From Scyliorhinus canicula (Eukaryota): a stretch of DNA of 64,000 nt. Where the stretch lies: positions 3,658,001 to 3,722,000 of the forward strand of contig NC_052157.1 of assembly GCF_902713615.1 (NCBI RefSeq). The letters are read 5' to 3'. Positions 37,113 to 47,494 of this stretch are shown one piece after another; within the stretch, counting starts at the first letter, position 1, and every line of letters starts with the position of its first letter. Under the pieces are notes generated by a model. That model did not search any database, was not told the DNA's origin, and saw only the letters and a program-made list of their open reading frames with translations. Both the position numbers and the translations under genes were made by a program.

Positions 37113-37419
37113 AATAATAATAATAATCTTCATTAGTGTCACAAGTAGGCTTACATTAACACTGCAATGAAGTTACTGTCAAAAAACCCTAGTCACCATA
37201 CTCCGGCGCCTGTTTGGATACACTGAGGGAGAATTCAGAATGTCCAATTCACTTAACAAGCACGCCTTTGGGGATTTGTGGGAGGAACCCGGAGGAAGCC
37301 CACGCAGACACGGGGAGAACCTGCAGACACCGCACAGACAGTGACCCAAGCGGGAACCAAGTCTGGGACCCTGGCGCTGTGAAGCAACAGTGCTAACCAC
37401 TCTGCTGTCGTGCCACCCT
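37113..37419 (-). mobile_element. V-SINE with family-B type tail
   Basis: Head GGGTGGCACG, V-domain, (ATT)n end. Confidence 0.82.
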
Positions 37420-37704
37420 AAACAAGATGTGGAGATGCCGACATTGGACTGGGCTGGGCACAGTAAGACGTGGAACCCACCTCTTCACTCACCTGATGAA
37501 GGAGCTGCGCTCCGAAAGCTAATGATTCCAACATCAGGTTAAAGTCCAACAGGTTTATTTGGAATCACTAGCTTTCGGAGCGCAGCTCCTTCATCAGGTG
37601 AGCGAAGAGGTGGGCTCACTTCTTACTGTGCCCAGCCCAGTCCAATGTCGGCATCTCCACATCTTGTTTCGGGTGGCACGGTAGCAGCGTGGTTAGCACT
37701 GTTG
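37385..37704. repeat. Fold-back inverted repeat (~147-bp arms, ~27-bp spacer) built from a Penelope-like terminal fragment plus flanking DNA
   Basis: 37385-37531 is the near reverse complement of 37559-37704; a related fragment lies at 40043-40156. Confidence 0.9.
37565..37601 (-). ncRNA. Minimal type I hammerhead ribozyme motif (Penelope-like-element type)
   Basis: UCAC-CUGAUGA-A-GGAGC-UGC-GCUCC-GAAA-GC-UA-GUGA: core, 5-bp stem II, palindromic AGCU helix III, 4-bp stem I. The mirror copy on + at 37489-37525 has a stem I mismatch. Confidence 0.7.
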
Positions 37705-37786
37705 TAAAATGAATCAAGTTTGTCAAGTGAATCTTTGGAGGCGAGATTGCCTCCTGAATGAGGAGCTGCTCCAGACTTTATCTTAC

Positions 37787-37927
37787 CTGTTAACCCTTCT
37801 TCATTGGTGTAGCTTGGAGAGAGAACCCGAACTACAGGCAGCGTCCAGAGAATGAATCCAGCAACACGAAAACAGCCCCAAATCTAGCAACACTTTGAAG
37901 AACAATCCAGCACATCATTCATTATCT
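37787..37927 (-). other. LCTL: Putative non-coding 5' UTR exon of LCTL
   Basis: ttctctctgttcag| acceptor and CAG|gtaaga donor in unique sequence. Coding exon 1 has its own acceptor, so an upstream exon is expected; a further donor AAG|gtaacg at 38094. Confidence 0.45.
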
Positions 37928-38224
37928 CTGAACAGAGAGAACAGTCCCTTTGGAACTCAGCGATGCATTACTAAATTTAGCTTATCCACACACATCTCTT
38001 TGTACAGACCGAGTTTCCCGAAGTAAGCAAACTTTTTTTGTTGTTGCTGTATTTGAACCAGCAACTCATCTGTTTTTTTTTTGATGACGTTACCTTCCAG
38101 TGAGAAGGGTCGAGCCCCCTATTTGATTGGAATAGTTCTGAGCAGAAGCGAATACCTGGCGGGGACAGCGCAGGACAATGAGATACAGAAATAACCCAGC
38201 ATCGGACTGCAAACCTCTGCTACA

Positions 38225-38265
38225 GTGACAATCAGTGACAAAGGCATTTTAGTCACGCATGACCC
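38225..38265. promoter_or_regulatory. Candidate Pax paired-domain site with adjacent Sox-like sites
   Basis: GTCACGCATGAC 38252-38263; ACAAT 38228-38232; ACAAAG 38238-38243; unique DNA between two divergent genes. Confidence 0.4.
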
Positions 38266-38829
38266 CCAGCTAGCCTAAATGGCATTCCCATATTTCAATA
38301 ATTTGGAACTTTATTATGACCATTTTTTGATTCTTCCAAAAAAAGTGATTGCCCACTTTATTTTTTTTAAAAAACTTCTTACAGCAAAGCTGGCCACCTT
38401 ATTGTGAAATTACAATGCATTATTGCTCTCTCTCTTTCACCAATCGGGTGGAGGGAAATGGTCTTTAGCATGTGTTGGGGTTTTAACCGTTCAATAGATT
38501 CGGACTGGTTGCAAGAACAATCCCCACTGGTCGATAGCATCCACCCATTGATGGAGCTGTGTATTTAATCTGTTCCTTGCCTGTGCCATAGGACCAGAGT
38601 CAGTATCTCCACTTCAGGCCCCTGAACAGCAGAACAAATCAGGTAGGATTATATTCGGGTGAAGGTGGATTTCATTTGGCATTCTCACATTTCCATGCTA
38701 GAAATCAAGCTGTCACTTTCTCCCCAGACAGTGGTTTTGACCTTGTGGACGATGGGATGATCAGGTGTTGCTATTAAATGAACGAGTTCAGTCCTACTTA
38801 TCATGGTGTAAAACAAAGTCCATGACTTT

Positions 38830-39136
38830 GGGGCAGCACAAGTGAATAGCACTGTGGCTTCACAGCGCCAGGGTCCCAGATTCAATTCCCGCCTCGGGTC
38901 ACTGTCTGTGCGGAGTCTGCACGTTCTACCCGTGCCTGCGTGGGTTTCCTCCGGGTGCTCCGGTTTCCTCCCACAATCCAAAGATGTGCAGGTTTGGTGG
39001 ATTGGCCATGATAAATTGCCCTTAGTGACCAAAAAGGTTAGGAGGGGTTATTGGTTACGGGGATAGGGTGGACTTAAGTGGGTCAGTGCAGACTTGATGG
39101 GACAAATGGTCTCCTTCTATACAGTATGTTCTATGA
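38830..39136 (+). mobile_element. V-SINE, full length
   Basis: tRNA head, V-domain, TTCTATG end. Confidence 0.85.
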
Positions 39137-39489
39137 TATTGTGGTCGGATTGGTTGGGGCAATTTACCCCATTCTTCACAATATCACAGGAATGAGGGTG
39201 ACCTGTCACTTGGTGGTGGTTTTTGAAGCAGTTTTGCTTCAGTCTGACACCTGCATTCTCCAGCATTTCAGGAGTCCGGCTCCTACACAGGAGTTTGATG
39301 TGAGCTTTGGGGGTCTTGAAGTGCGCGCCTTGACGTGACGCAGGTTTAAAGTGACACTACAGGTGGTGGCTTTGTGTCCTGAGGTCCTCAGGTTCTTGTG
39401 CCCCCAGAGTGTGTGCAGACTTTTGACGTGTGTGAGTTTGATAGAGGACAATATCCAACCCCATTCCTTTATATTCGTCCATGCCGAGT

Positions 39490-39992
39490 GGGCAGCACAG
39501 TGGTTAGCACTGTTGCTTCACAGTTCCAGGGTCCCTGCTTCGATTCCCGGCTTGTGTCACTGTCTGTGTGGAGTCTGCACCTTCTCCCCATGTCTGCGTG
39601 GGTTTCCTCCGGGTGCTAATGGAAGCCTACTTGTGACAATAAAGATTATTTTTAAAAATTATAAATACTACACAAAGACACCAGGCTCTTGATAATTCAG
39701 AACTCCCTTGATGTGATGTGGGAATTAACTTTCTCACAATGAGTGGTCATAACACCAGGTTCGATTCCCGGCTGGGTCACGGTCTGAACGTTCTCCCCGT
39801 GTCTGCATGGGTTTCCTCCGGGTGCTCCGGTTTCCTCCCACAAGTCCCGAAAGACATGCTGTTAGGTAATTTGGACATTCTGAATTCTCCCTCTTTGTAT
39901 CCGAACAGGGGCCGGAATGGGGCAACTAGGGGCTTTTCACAGTAACTTCATTGCAATGTAAGCCTAATTGTGACAATAAAGATTATTATTAT
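39490..39992 (+). mobile_element. Two partial V-SINEs with family-B type tails
   Basis: 39490-39650 (internally deleted) and ~39755-39992. Confidence 0.75.
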
Positions 39993-40042
39993 GGGGGCTG
40001 GAATGCACTACCTGAAAATGTGTTGGAGGCAGGTTCAATGGA

Positions 40043-40156
40043 GTGGAGATGCTGGTGTTGGACTGGGGTGGGCACAGTAAGAAGTCTGATGAAGGAGCTG
40101 TGCTCCAAAAGCTAGTGATTCCAAATAAACCTGTTGGACTTTAACCTGGTGTTGTA
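40043..40156 (+). mobile_element. Penelope-like terminal fragment with a degenerate hammerhead
   Basis: CTGATGAAGGAGCTGTGCTCC-AAAA-GCTAGTG (GAAA core mutated), followed by AATAAACCTGTTGGACTTTAACCTGG. Confidence 0.65.
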
Positions 40157-40189
40157 TGGAGGCATTGAAGAGAGCATTAGTTTGTTTTA

Positions 40190-40392
40190 AAATAATCTTT
40201 ATTATCACAAGTAGGCTACACAGAGAGAGAATTCTGAATATACAAATTATCTAACAGCACGTCTTTCGCGACTTGTGGGAGGAAACTGGAGCACCCGGAG
40301 GAAACCCACGCAAACACAGGGAGAACGTGCAGTCTCCGCACAGACAGTGGCTCTGTGAAGCAAGTGCTAACTAGTGTGCTACCGTGCCGCCC
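40190..40392 (-). mobile_element. V-SINE with deletions
   Basis: V-domain on the minus strand. Confidence 0.75.
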
Positions 40393-40822
40393 AAAGATGA
40401 TTATTTCAACAGAAACAATGTGCAGGGTTACGGGGAAAGGACAAGAGAATAGCACTAAGTCACGATGCTCGTTTGGAGAGCCAATGCAGACTCGATGGAC
40501 CAAATGGCCTCCTTGTGCACAGTAACACATTTGTGATTTTGGATTGGTGCCCAGGGATCTTTTTCACCCAACGGCGAGGACATATTTCATACAAAAAAAA
40601 AATCAAATTATCATAATTGCTTCTAATTGTCTCCTTTGCATGTTTCATTCCAAAGAGAGGGCTGGACAGAGCTTATAAATCACCATGGCCTGGAGAGCTT
40701 TGTGATTGGCCAGTCTTGCTATTGATAATAAACATTTTTTAGAAGTTCCCTGTGAACTCTTACCTCGTAGTTTGAGTCTCTAGGTTAACAGATGGGATTG
40801 GGAAGCTGTGTGAATTTCATAA

Positions 40823-40848
40823 ATGCCAGTATTTATGTCTGAGATAAG
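40823..40848 (+). CDS. crybgx: Candidate first coding exon of the crystallin gene: MPVFMSEI(S)
   Basis: ATG...AG|gtaacg gives the phase 2 needed to join C-AAA-CTG at 42309; in-frame TAA directly upstream; TATAAA at 40674. No clear similarity to the recalled teleost N-terminus. Confidence 0.35.
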
Positions 40849-41125
40849 GTAACGTTCCCTGAATTTTAATGGAAAAATTGATATTTTAGGAGTAAATATA
40901 AATATGTTCTTCCACTTTCTATGCTTCTATTACAAGTTCTATTTTGAACATTAAGACCTCAGCTGAGCAGTGAACATTAAGCACCTTTGTTACATTGGCC
41001 ACCATTGATGATTGTCGTTATTCATTGCCGATTCCTTTTAGCTTCATAGCTGGTGGCTTTCATTCCCGCTTTCAGACATCAACTGGGTCAACTTCTGGTG
41101 GCCATGATGATACCTTGTCTGATCA

Positions 41126-41352
41126 TTTAAATTTTTTTTAGAGTATCCAATTATTTTTTTTTCCAATTAAGGGGCAATTTAGCGTGGCCAATCCACCTAA
41201 CCTGCACATCTTTGGGTTGTGGGAGTGAAATGCACGCAGACACGGGGAGAATGTGCAAAGTCCACACGGACAGTGACCCAGGGCTGGGATTGGAACCCGG
41301 GTCCTCAGTGCCGTAGGCTGCAGTGCTAACCACTGTGCCCCCGTGCCGCCCG
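41126..41352 (-). mobile_element. V-SINE, short A-rich tail subfamily
   Basis: Imperfect TSD CCTTGT(C/T)TGAT on both sides. Confidence 0.85.
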
Positions 41353-41384
41353 CCTTGTTTGATAAATACTAGTACATCTTGTAT

Positions 41385-41563
41385 GGGGCTGGTTTAGCAC
41401 ACTGGGCTAAATCGCTGGCTTCTAAAGCAGATCAAGGCAGGCCAGCAACACGGTTCAATTCCCGTGCCAGCCTCCCCGGACAGGCGCCGGAATGTGGCGA
41501 CTAGAGGCTTCTCACAGTAACTGCATTGAAGCCTACTCGTGACAATAAGCGATTTTCATTTCA
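41385..41563 (+). mobile_element. SINE family B
   Basis: Full head and tail. Confidence 0.85.
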
Positions 41564-42023
41564 TAATGACGGAGGCATTGAACCATTTCCTTCACTGTGT
41601 ATTTCCTGTTGCTAAACTTGAGGTGCCTTTAAGCTGCAATGCCTCTCAAAGACCATTTCATCTCCAAGTATTCCAAAAGCAAGCCCAGGGCATGAGAGCA
41701 TAACTGTTGTTTAATTAGCTGTATCATTAATTGCAACATGTTTGTCAGTTTTAAATTGCTACTGAAGACTGCATTTGAGGATTCCTTTACTCCTGGTATG
41801 CAACATGTCCCCTCTGATGTACTAGTATTAATGTATAACTGGTGGAATAGTTACTCATGTAAATTAGGTGATATGTACTGCACTATAACATGCAATGCAT
41901 AACGTATTATCTGCTATGTCTCTTTTAAGGTAATAATGTCCAATTATTGTTTAGGAAACACATTCCGATCATTGATGTTTGGTTGGAAAATGTTGCTGGT
42001 CATAGTTAATCTCAGCCATAAAT

Positions 42024-42186
42024 TAATAATAATCGCTTATTGTCACAAGTAGGCTTCAATGAAGTTACTGTGAAAAGCCCCTAGTCGCCACATTCCGGCG
42101 CCTGTTCAGGTAAGCTGGTATGGGAATTGAACCCGCGCTGCTGGCATTGTTCTGATTACAAGCCAGCTGTTTCGCCCACTGTGCTA
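42024..42186 (-). mobile_element. SINE family B, 5'-clipped
   Basis: Tail and body match 14438-14616. Confidence 0.8.
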
Positions 42187-42308
42187 CATTAGTCATTTTT
42201 ATTCTGAATCTACAACAAAGTCTGTAGTCTGTCTGTGGCCACATATTGCTTTTAATATACTGATCGATAATACAATTTCAATGACTGTCACTGTTTTTAC
42301 CCCCACAG

Positions 42309-42357
42309 CAAACTGGGGTCGGTACTCCAACGTGCTTTCTATGGGTCTGGAGGCTGC
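42309..42357 (+). CDS. crybgx: Crystallin beta-gamma X N-terminal arm exon: (S)KLGSVLQRAFYGSGGC
   Basis: ccacag| and |gtaagt; matches the recalled teleost SKLGSVLQRAFYGS; ends in phase 0 into the next exon. Confidence 0.85.
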
Positions 42358-42450
42358 GTAAGTAAAAACTAGACAGTTGTTAACAGGATGGACAGCTCGC
42401 CGCAGAGTGTGTGTGATCACTGATACCCCAATCTTTATGATCTATCTCAG

Positions 42451-42572
42451 GTGACCCTATATGAGCAAAGAAACTTTTCTGGCAGGCGCTTAGCGGTGAC
42501 CAGTGACTGTCCGAAGCTGTCAGAATGTAACTTCCCCGAGAGATGCAATTCTGTGCAGGTGGAGAGCGGGGC
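42451..42572 (+). CDS. crybgx: Greek-key motif 1: VTLYEQRNFSGRRLAVTSDCPKLSECNFPERCNSVQVESG(A)
   Basis: ctcag| and |gtaagt; Y/F-x6-G and S-x-x-V-x-S-G crystallin signature. Confidence 0.93.
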
Positions 42573-42832
42573 GTAAGTAGCTTACAATTAACTGATATTT
42601 TATACCAACTCATTGGAGGGCAGTGTGATATGGTGACCATAACCACTCTCATACCAGCTGGTGGGAGTCAGTCTTGTGAGGGAGTGGAGACCCACCCACA
42701 CTACCCAGACATAAATATCCAGCTGGATGTCAGGACTGAGAACTGGAGCTCTGGAGTGGGATTGACTCCCTCACCAGCTGACTCTGGGTTAGATACCCGA
42801 CAAGGAAAGGGCTGTACACTCACAATGGTTTG

Positions 42833-43678
42833 AGAACACGCACGAACAGATTCAAAAACAGCTTCTTCCCCACTGTTGCCAGACTCCTAAATGACCCTCT
42901 TATGGACTGACTTCATTAACACTACACTCCTGTATGCTTCACCTGATGCCAGTGTCTATGTATTTACATTGATTTGATTTATTATTGTCACATGTATTAT
43001 TGTACAGTGAAAAGTATTGTTTCTTGCATGCTGTACAGACAAAGCATACCGTACATCAGGAAGGAAGGAGAGACTGCAGAATATAATGTTAATCATAATA
43101 ATAATCACAAGTATGAAGTTACTGTGAAAAGCACCTAGTCGCCACATTCCAGCGCCTTTTCGGGTAAGCTGGTATGGGAATTGAACCCGCACTGCTGGCC
43201 TTGTTCTGCATTACAAACCAGCTGTCTAGCCCACTCATAGCTAGGGTGTAGAGAAAAGATCAACTTAATAAGAGGTAGGTCCATTCAAAAGTCTGATGGC
43301 AGCAGGGAAGAAGCTGTTCTCGAGTCGGTTGGTACGTGACCTCAAACTTTTGTATCTTTTTCCTGACGGAAGGAGGTGGAAGAGATTATGTCCGGGATGC
43401 GTGGAGTCCTTAATAATGCTGGCTGCCTTTCCGAGGCAGAGTCAATGGACGGGAGGCTGGTTTGTGTGATGGATTGGGCTACATTCACGACCTTTTGTAG
43501 TTTCCTGCGGTCTCGGGCGAGCAGGATCTATATCCATACTGTGGACATTGTGTTGCCCTATTATGCATTTTCTTTTTATTTTATTTTCATGTACTAAACG
43601 CTCTGTTTGAGCTGCTGGCAGAAAAATATTTTTCGCTGTGCCTTGGTACACGTGACAATAAATGAATCCAGTCCAATG
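42833..43678. mobile_element. Nested Rex1 LINE 3' ends: plus-strand copy interrupted by a minus-strand copy, itself containing a family B SINE (~43092-43235)
   Basis: Homologous to 24690-24960; ACATTG repeated near both junctions. Confidence 0.7.
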
Positions 43679-43889
43679 TGCCAGGCAATTTGCACATAGA
43701 GCTTCCACAAACAAGAGCTTCCATAAACAAGTTGAATAATCAATGTTTAGTAATGCTGGTTGATGGATAAATATTGACTAGGGCACTGCGGCAATCCCGC
43801 TGCTTTTCTTTACATCTTAAGAGGGCAGAGTGGATCCAGTGCAAAGTCACTTCCAATGGTGCACTAGTATTAGGCTAGAATGACCATTC

Positions 43890-44367
43890 TGGGCAGCATG
43901 GTAGCACTATGGTTAGCACAGTTGCTTCACAGCACCAGGGTCACAGGTTTGATTCCCGGCTTGAGTCACTGTCTGTGCGGAATCTGCACGTTCTCCCCGT
44001 GTCTGTGGGGGTTTCCTCCGGGTGCTTCGGTTTCCTCCCACAAGTCCCAAAAGACATGCTTGTTAGGTGATTTGGACATTCTGAATTCTCTGTGTACCCG
44101 AACAGGCGCCGGAGTGTGGCGACTAGGGGATATTCACAGTAACTTCATTGCAGTGTGAATGAAATGAAAATGAAAACAAATGAAATTCGTTCATTGTCAC
44201 GAGTAGGCTTCAAATGAAGTTACTGTGAAAAGCCCCTAGTTGCCATATTCCAGTGCCTGTTCGGGGAGGCTGTTATGGGAATTGAACCGTGCTGCTGGCC
44301 TGCTTTCAAAGCCAACGGTTTAGCCCTGTGCTAAACAGCCCCTGCACCAACAACGATTATTATTATT
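43890..44367. mobile_element. V-SINE (+) whose tail is interrupted by a family B SINE (-, 44158-44342)
   Basis: Shared tail in opposite orientations; residual (ATT)n at ~44356-44367. Confidence 0.78.
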
Positions 44368-44627
44368 CTGCTTCTGAGGGGAGAGTGGTATCAACTGAGC
44401 CACACTGACACGCTTTTCCTCTCCACCCCCGCACCTCTTCACAGGAGAAATTGAGTTTTAATCCACTCTTTACAGCCTTGAGATATTTTGGTCTGAATGG
44501 TTGCTATGGAGTCAGTCAACATCAATGCCCACCTATTACTCTTCTACTGCTGGTATATCAGACCCAACTGATGCACACACCTGTTGCAACATAAGTAATA
44601 TTCTTTATTTTCCTTTGTTTTGAACAG

Positions 44628-44763
44628 TTGGGTTGGATACGAGGGTGAAAATTACAGCGGACGCCAGTACCTCTGGGATGTGTATGACAAACGAGAATAC
44701 AGCAACTATGATAAGTGGCTCGGAACTTCTGATCACATCTCTTCTGTAAGAGTAGTGCGAGAG
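44628..44763 (+). CDS. crybgx: Greek-key motif 2: WVGYEGENYSGRQYLWDVYDKREYSNYDKWLGTSDHISSVRVVRE
   Basis: aacag| acceptor in phase 2; GRQYLWD matches recalled crybgx; GAG|gcaagt donor (GC). Confidence 0.92.
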
Positions 44764-45304
44764 GCAAGTAAAAAACAATCCGATTGTTCCGCGATGTTGT
44801 AAATCACCAGTTGTAGACAAGGCCAATATTCAGTGAAGGTCCTCGGAGCAGAGGGCAGACATGGAAAGATAGAAACATAAAAATGACAGCTTCCTTTATC
44901 AAGTGGTGCATTACAGAATGAAGGTTTCTCGCCAGAGTACCTTACTCCATGCACCCTTCAGCATGGCTGTGCATTGGGTAGAGGTACCAATTGAAGGTTA
45001 AGTACCTGATTGATACGGTTCCAGGAACAGGGGTGAGAATTTTGGTTGCAAAGGAATGACCAGAAGAGTTCAAGTCCCAAGAATTAGGATTTGTTGTGGA
45101 AAATATTACACCAGAAAATGGACTTTGTGTTATTGGTGAGCGCAAAGGTTGCACTGGTAGTTCCAAGTAGCAGGCTGCCTGCAGTTAAACTGCGGAGCAA
45201 CACAAATCAAATGGGAAAAAAAACTAATTTTTAAAAAGAGTGTTAGAAAAACTGCAGTCATTGACACAATATTAAATATATTTTTGTGCCTTGAATCCAA
45301 TAAG

Positions 45305-45444
45305 GAACGTTCCCCATCAAAAATCTGTTTGTATGAAAAACCTGGCTTTTCCGGAAGGAAGGTGGAGCTCCAGGAGGATATCCCGAATCTCATTTCATGT
45401 TTCAACCTCAATCGCTTTGCCTCTGCCAGGGTTCTCGGAGGAGT
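45305..45444 (+). CDS. crybgx: Linker and Greek-key motif 3: ERSPSKICLYEKPGFSGRKVELQEDIPNLISCFNLNRFASARVLGG(V)
   Basis: taag| and |gtaagt, phase 0/2. Confidence 0.9.
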
Positions 45445-45654
45445 GTAAGTATAACCTGCACCAAGTGAACCTGGGTCAAGCAAGTGTGCAGAATGGGTCA
45501 GGCGGGCTACACAAGTCACTGGACAATTAAAGAGTCTCCTCAAGAAGTGTTGAAGCATCTTTATAAATGCATTAATCATTGGTTACAATTTTATTCACAC
45601 CATTTCCTGACCGTTTCCCATCCATTAAGAAAGTGTGACTGATGTTGGAACTGA

Positions 45655-46945
45655 GGCCCCCCCGAGACACCCCCACACCCGAGACACCCCCCACACACCA
45701 TCACACCCGAGACACCCCCCACACACCATCACACCCGAGCCACACACCATCACACCCGAGCCTCCCCCCACACACCCGAGCCTCCCCCCACACACCCGAG
45801 CCTCCCCCCACACACCCGAGACCCCCCAACACACCATCACCCGAGACCCCCCCAACACACCATCACCCGAGACCCCCCCCACACCCCATCACCCGAGACC
45901 CCCCCCACACACCATCACCCGAGACCCCCCCCACACACCATCACACGACTCCCCCCCACACACCATCACCCGACTCCCCCCCCACACACCATCATCCGAG
46001 ACCCCCCCCACACACCATCACACGACTCCCCCCCCACACACCATCACATGAGACTCCCCCCCACACACCATCACATGAGACTCCCCCCCCACACACCATC
46101 ACATGAGACTCCCCCCCACACACCATCACATGAGACTCCCCCCCCACACACCATCACATGAGACTCCCCCCCCACACACCATCACATGAGACTCCCCCCC
46201 ACACACCATCACATGAGACTCCCCCCCACACACCATCACATGAGACTCCCCCCCCACACACCATCACGAGACTCCCCCCCCACACACCATCACGAGACTC
46301 CCCCCCCACACACCATCACGAGACTCCCCCCCCCACACACCATCACGACTCCCCCCCCACACACCATCACGACTCCCCCCCACACACCATCACGACTCCC
46401 CCCCACACACCATCACGACTCCCCCCCACACACCATCACGACTCCCCCCCACACACCATCACGACTCCCCCCCCACACCATCACGACTCCCCCCCACACA
46501 CCATCACGACTCCCCCCCACACACCATCACGACTCCCCCCCACACACCATCACATGAGACCCCCCCACACACCATCACATGAGCCCCCCCGCACACACCA
46601 TCACGAGACTCCCCCCCCACACACCATCACGAGACTCCCCCCCCACACACCATCATGAGACTCCCCCCCCCACACACCCAGACCCTTCCCCCCCCACACA
46701 CCCAGACCTTTCTCCCCCCCACCACACCCAGACCCTTCCCCCCCCACCCCATCACACCCAGACTCCGCCCACCCACACACACCATCACCCCAAGACTCTC
46801 CCCGCCCACACACACCAGAGACTCCCCCCCCCCCCCCCCCCCCCTCCCACACACATACATACCCGAGGCCCCCCTCCCTACCACACATTACTGGGCTCTC
46901 TGCCATCACATGAGACTCCCCCCCCACACACCATCATGACTCCCA
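45655..46945. repeat. C/A-rich minisatellite (CACACCATCAC[AT]GAGACTCCCCCC variants) in the last crystallin intron
   Basis: Tandem ~22-28-bp units with variable C-run length. Confidence 0.93.
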
Positions 46946-47330
46946 CAGGAATAGTTGGACAATCAGGAGAAGTCCCGGCAGACCCATCTCCCCCGCGGAG
47001 AATTATGGTCACTTTCTGAAAACCTCAAATGAGATCAGCCAACTCAGTATGGCAGGGAACTGAAACACGGGAGTCCTCGATCTGTCTGGACAGTGCACCT
47101 CCCAAAAGCATGAGGAACATTCCCCCTCTCCTCCAACAAACACTAACTCTCCTGCCCCACAATGAAAAATAACTGTGGAGAAACGGCGAGTGTTTTTGTG
47201 AATACCTTGTTGCCGTGGCATGATCATCTTTCAGCTAAACATTATGCATCAAGAGCAGGAAGCACAGATTTAAAGAAGCACAAGCTACAGGATCACTATG
47301 TGTCATTGTGATTTTTCATTTCCTTCATAG

Positions 47331-47463
47331 CTGGGTCGCCTACCAGGATGCGAATTACCGGGGCCCACACTACGTTTTGGAAAAGAGAGACTTTAATAAT
47401 TATACTGAGTGGGGAGCGACTGCTGCTTATATGGGCTCCATCCGACGGGTGCGTTTCCAATGA
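47331..47463 (+). CDS. crybgx: Greek-key motif 4 to stop: WVAYQDANYRGPHYVLEKRDFNNYTEWGATAAYMGSIRRVRFQ*
   Basis: ttcatag| acceptor in phase 2; NYRGPHYxLEKRD and RRVRF match recalled crybgx; TGA at 47461. Confidence 0.93.
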
Positions 47464-47494
47464 GTTTTAAGCAGAGAGTTTCCACCATGATCAC

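Noticed and set aside
38592-38642. Possible 51-nt plus-strand exon as the crystallin first coding exon
   Set aside because: The frame needed to join exon 42309 contains TGA; at most a UTR exon, and unsupported.
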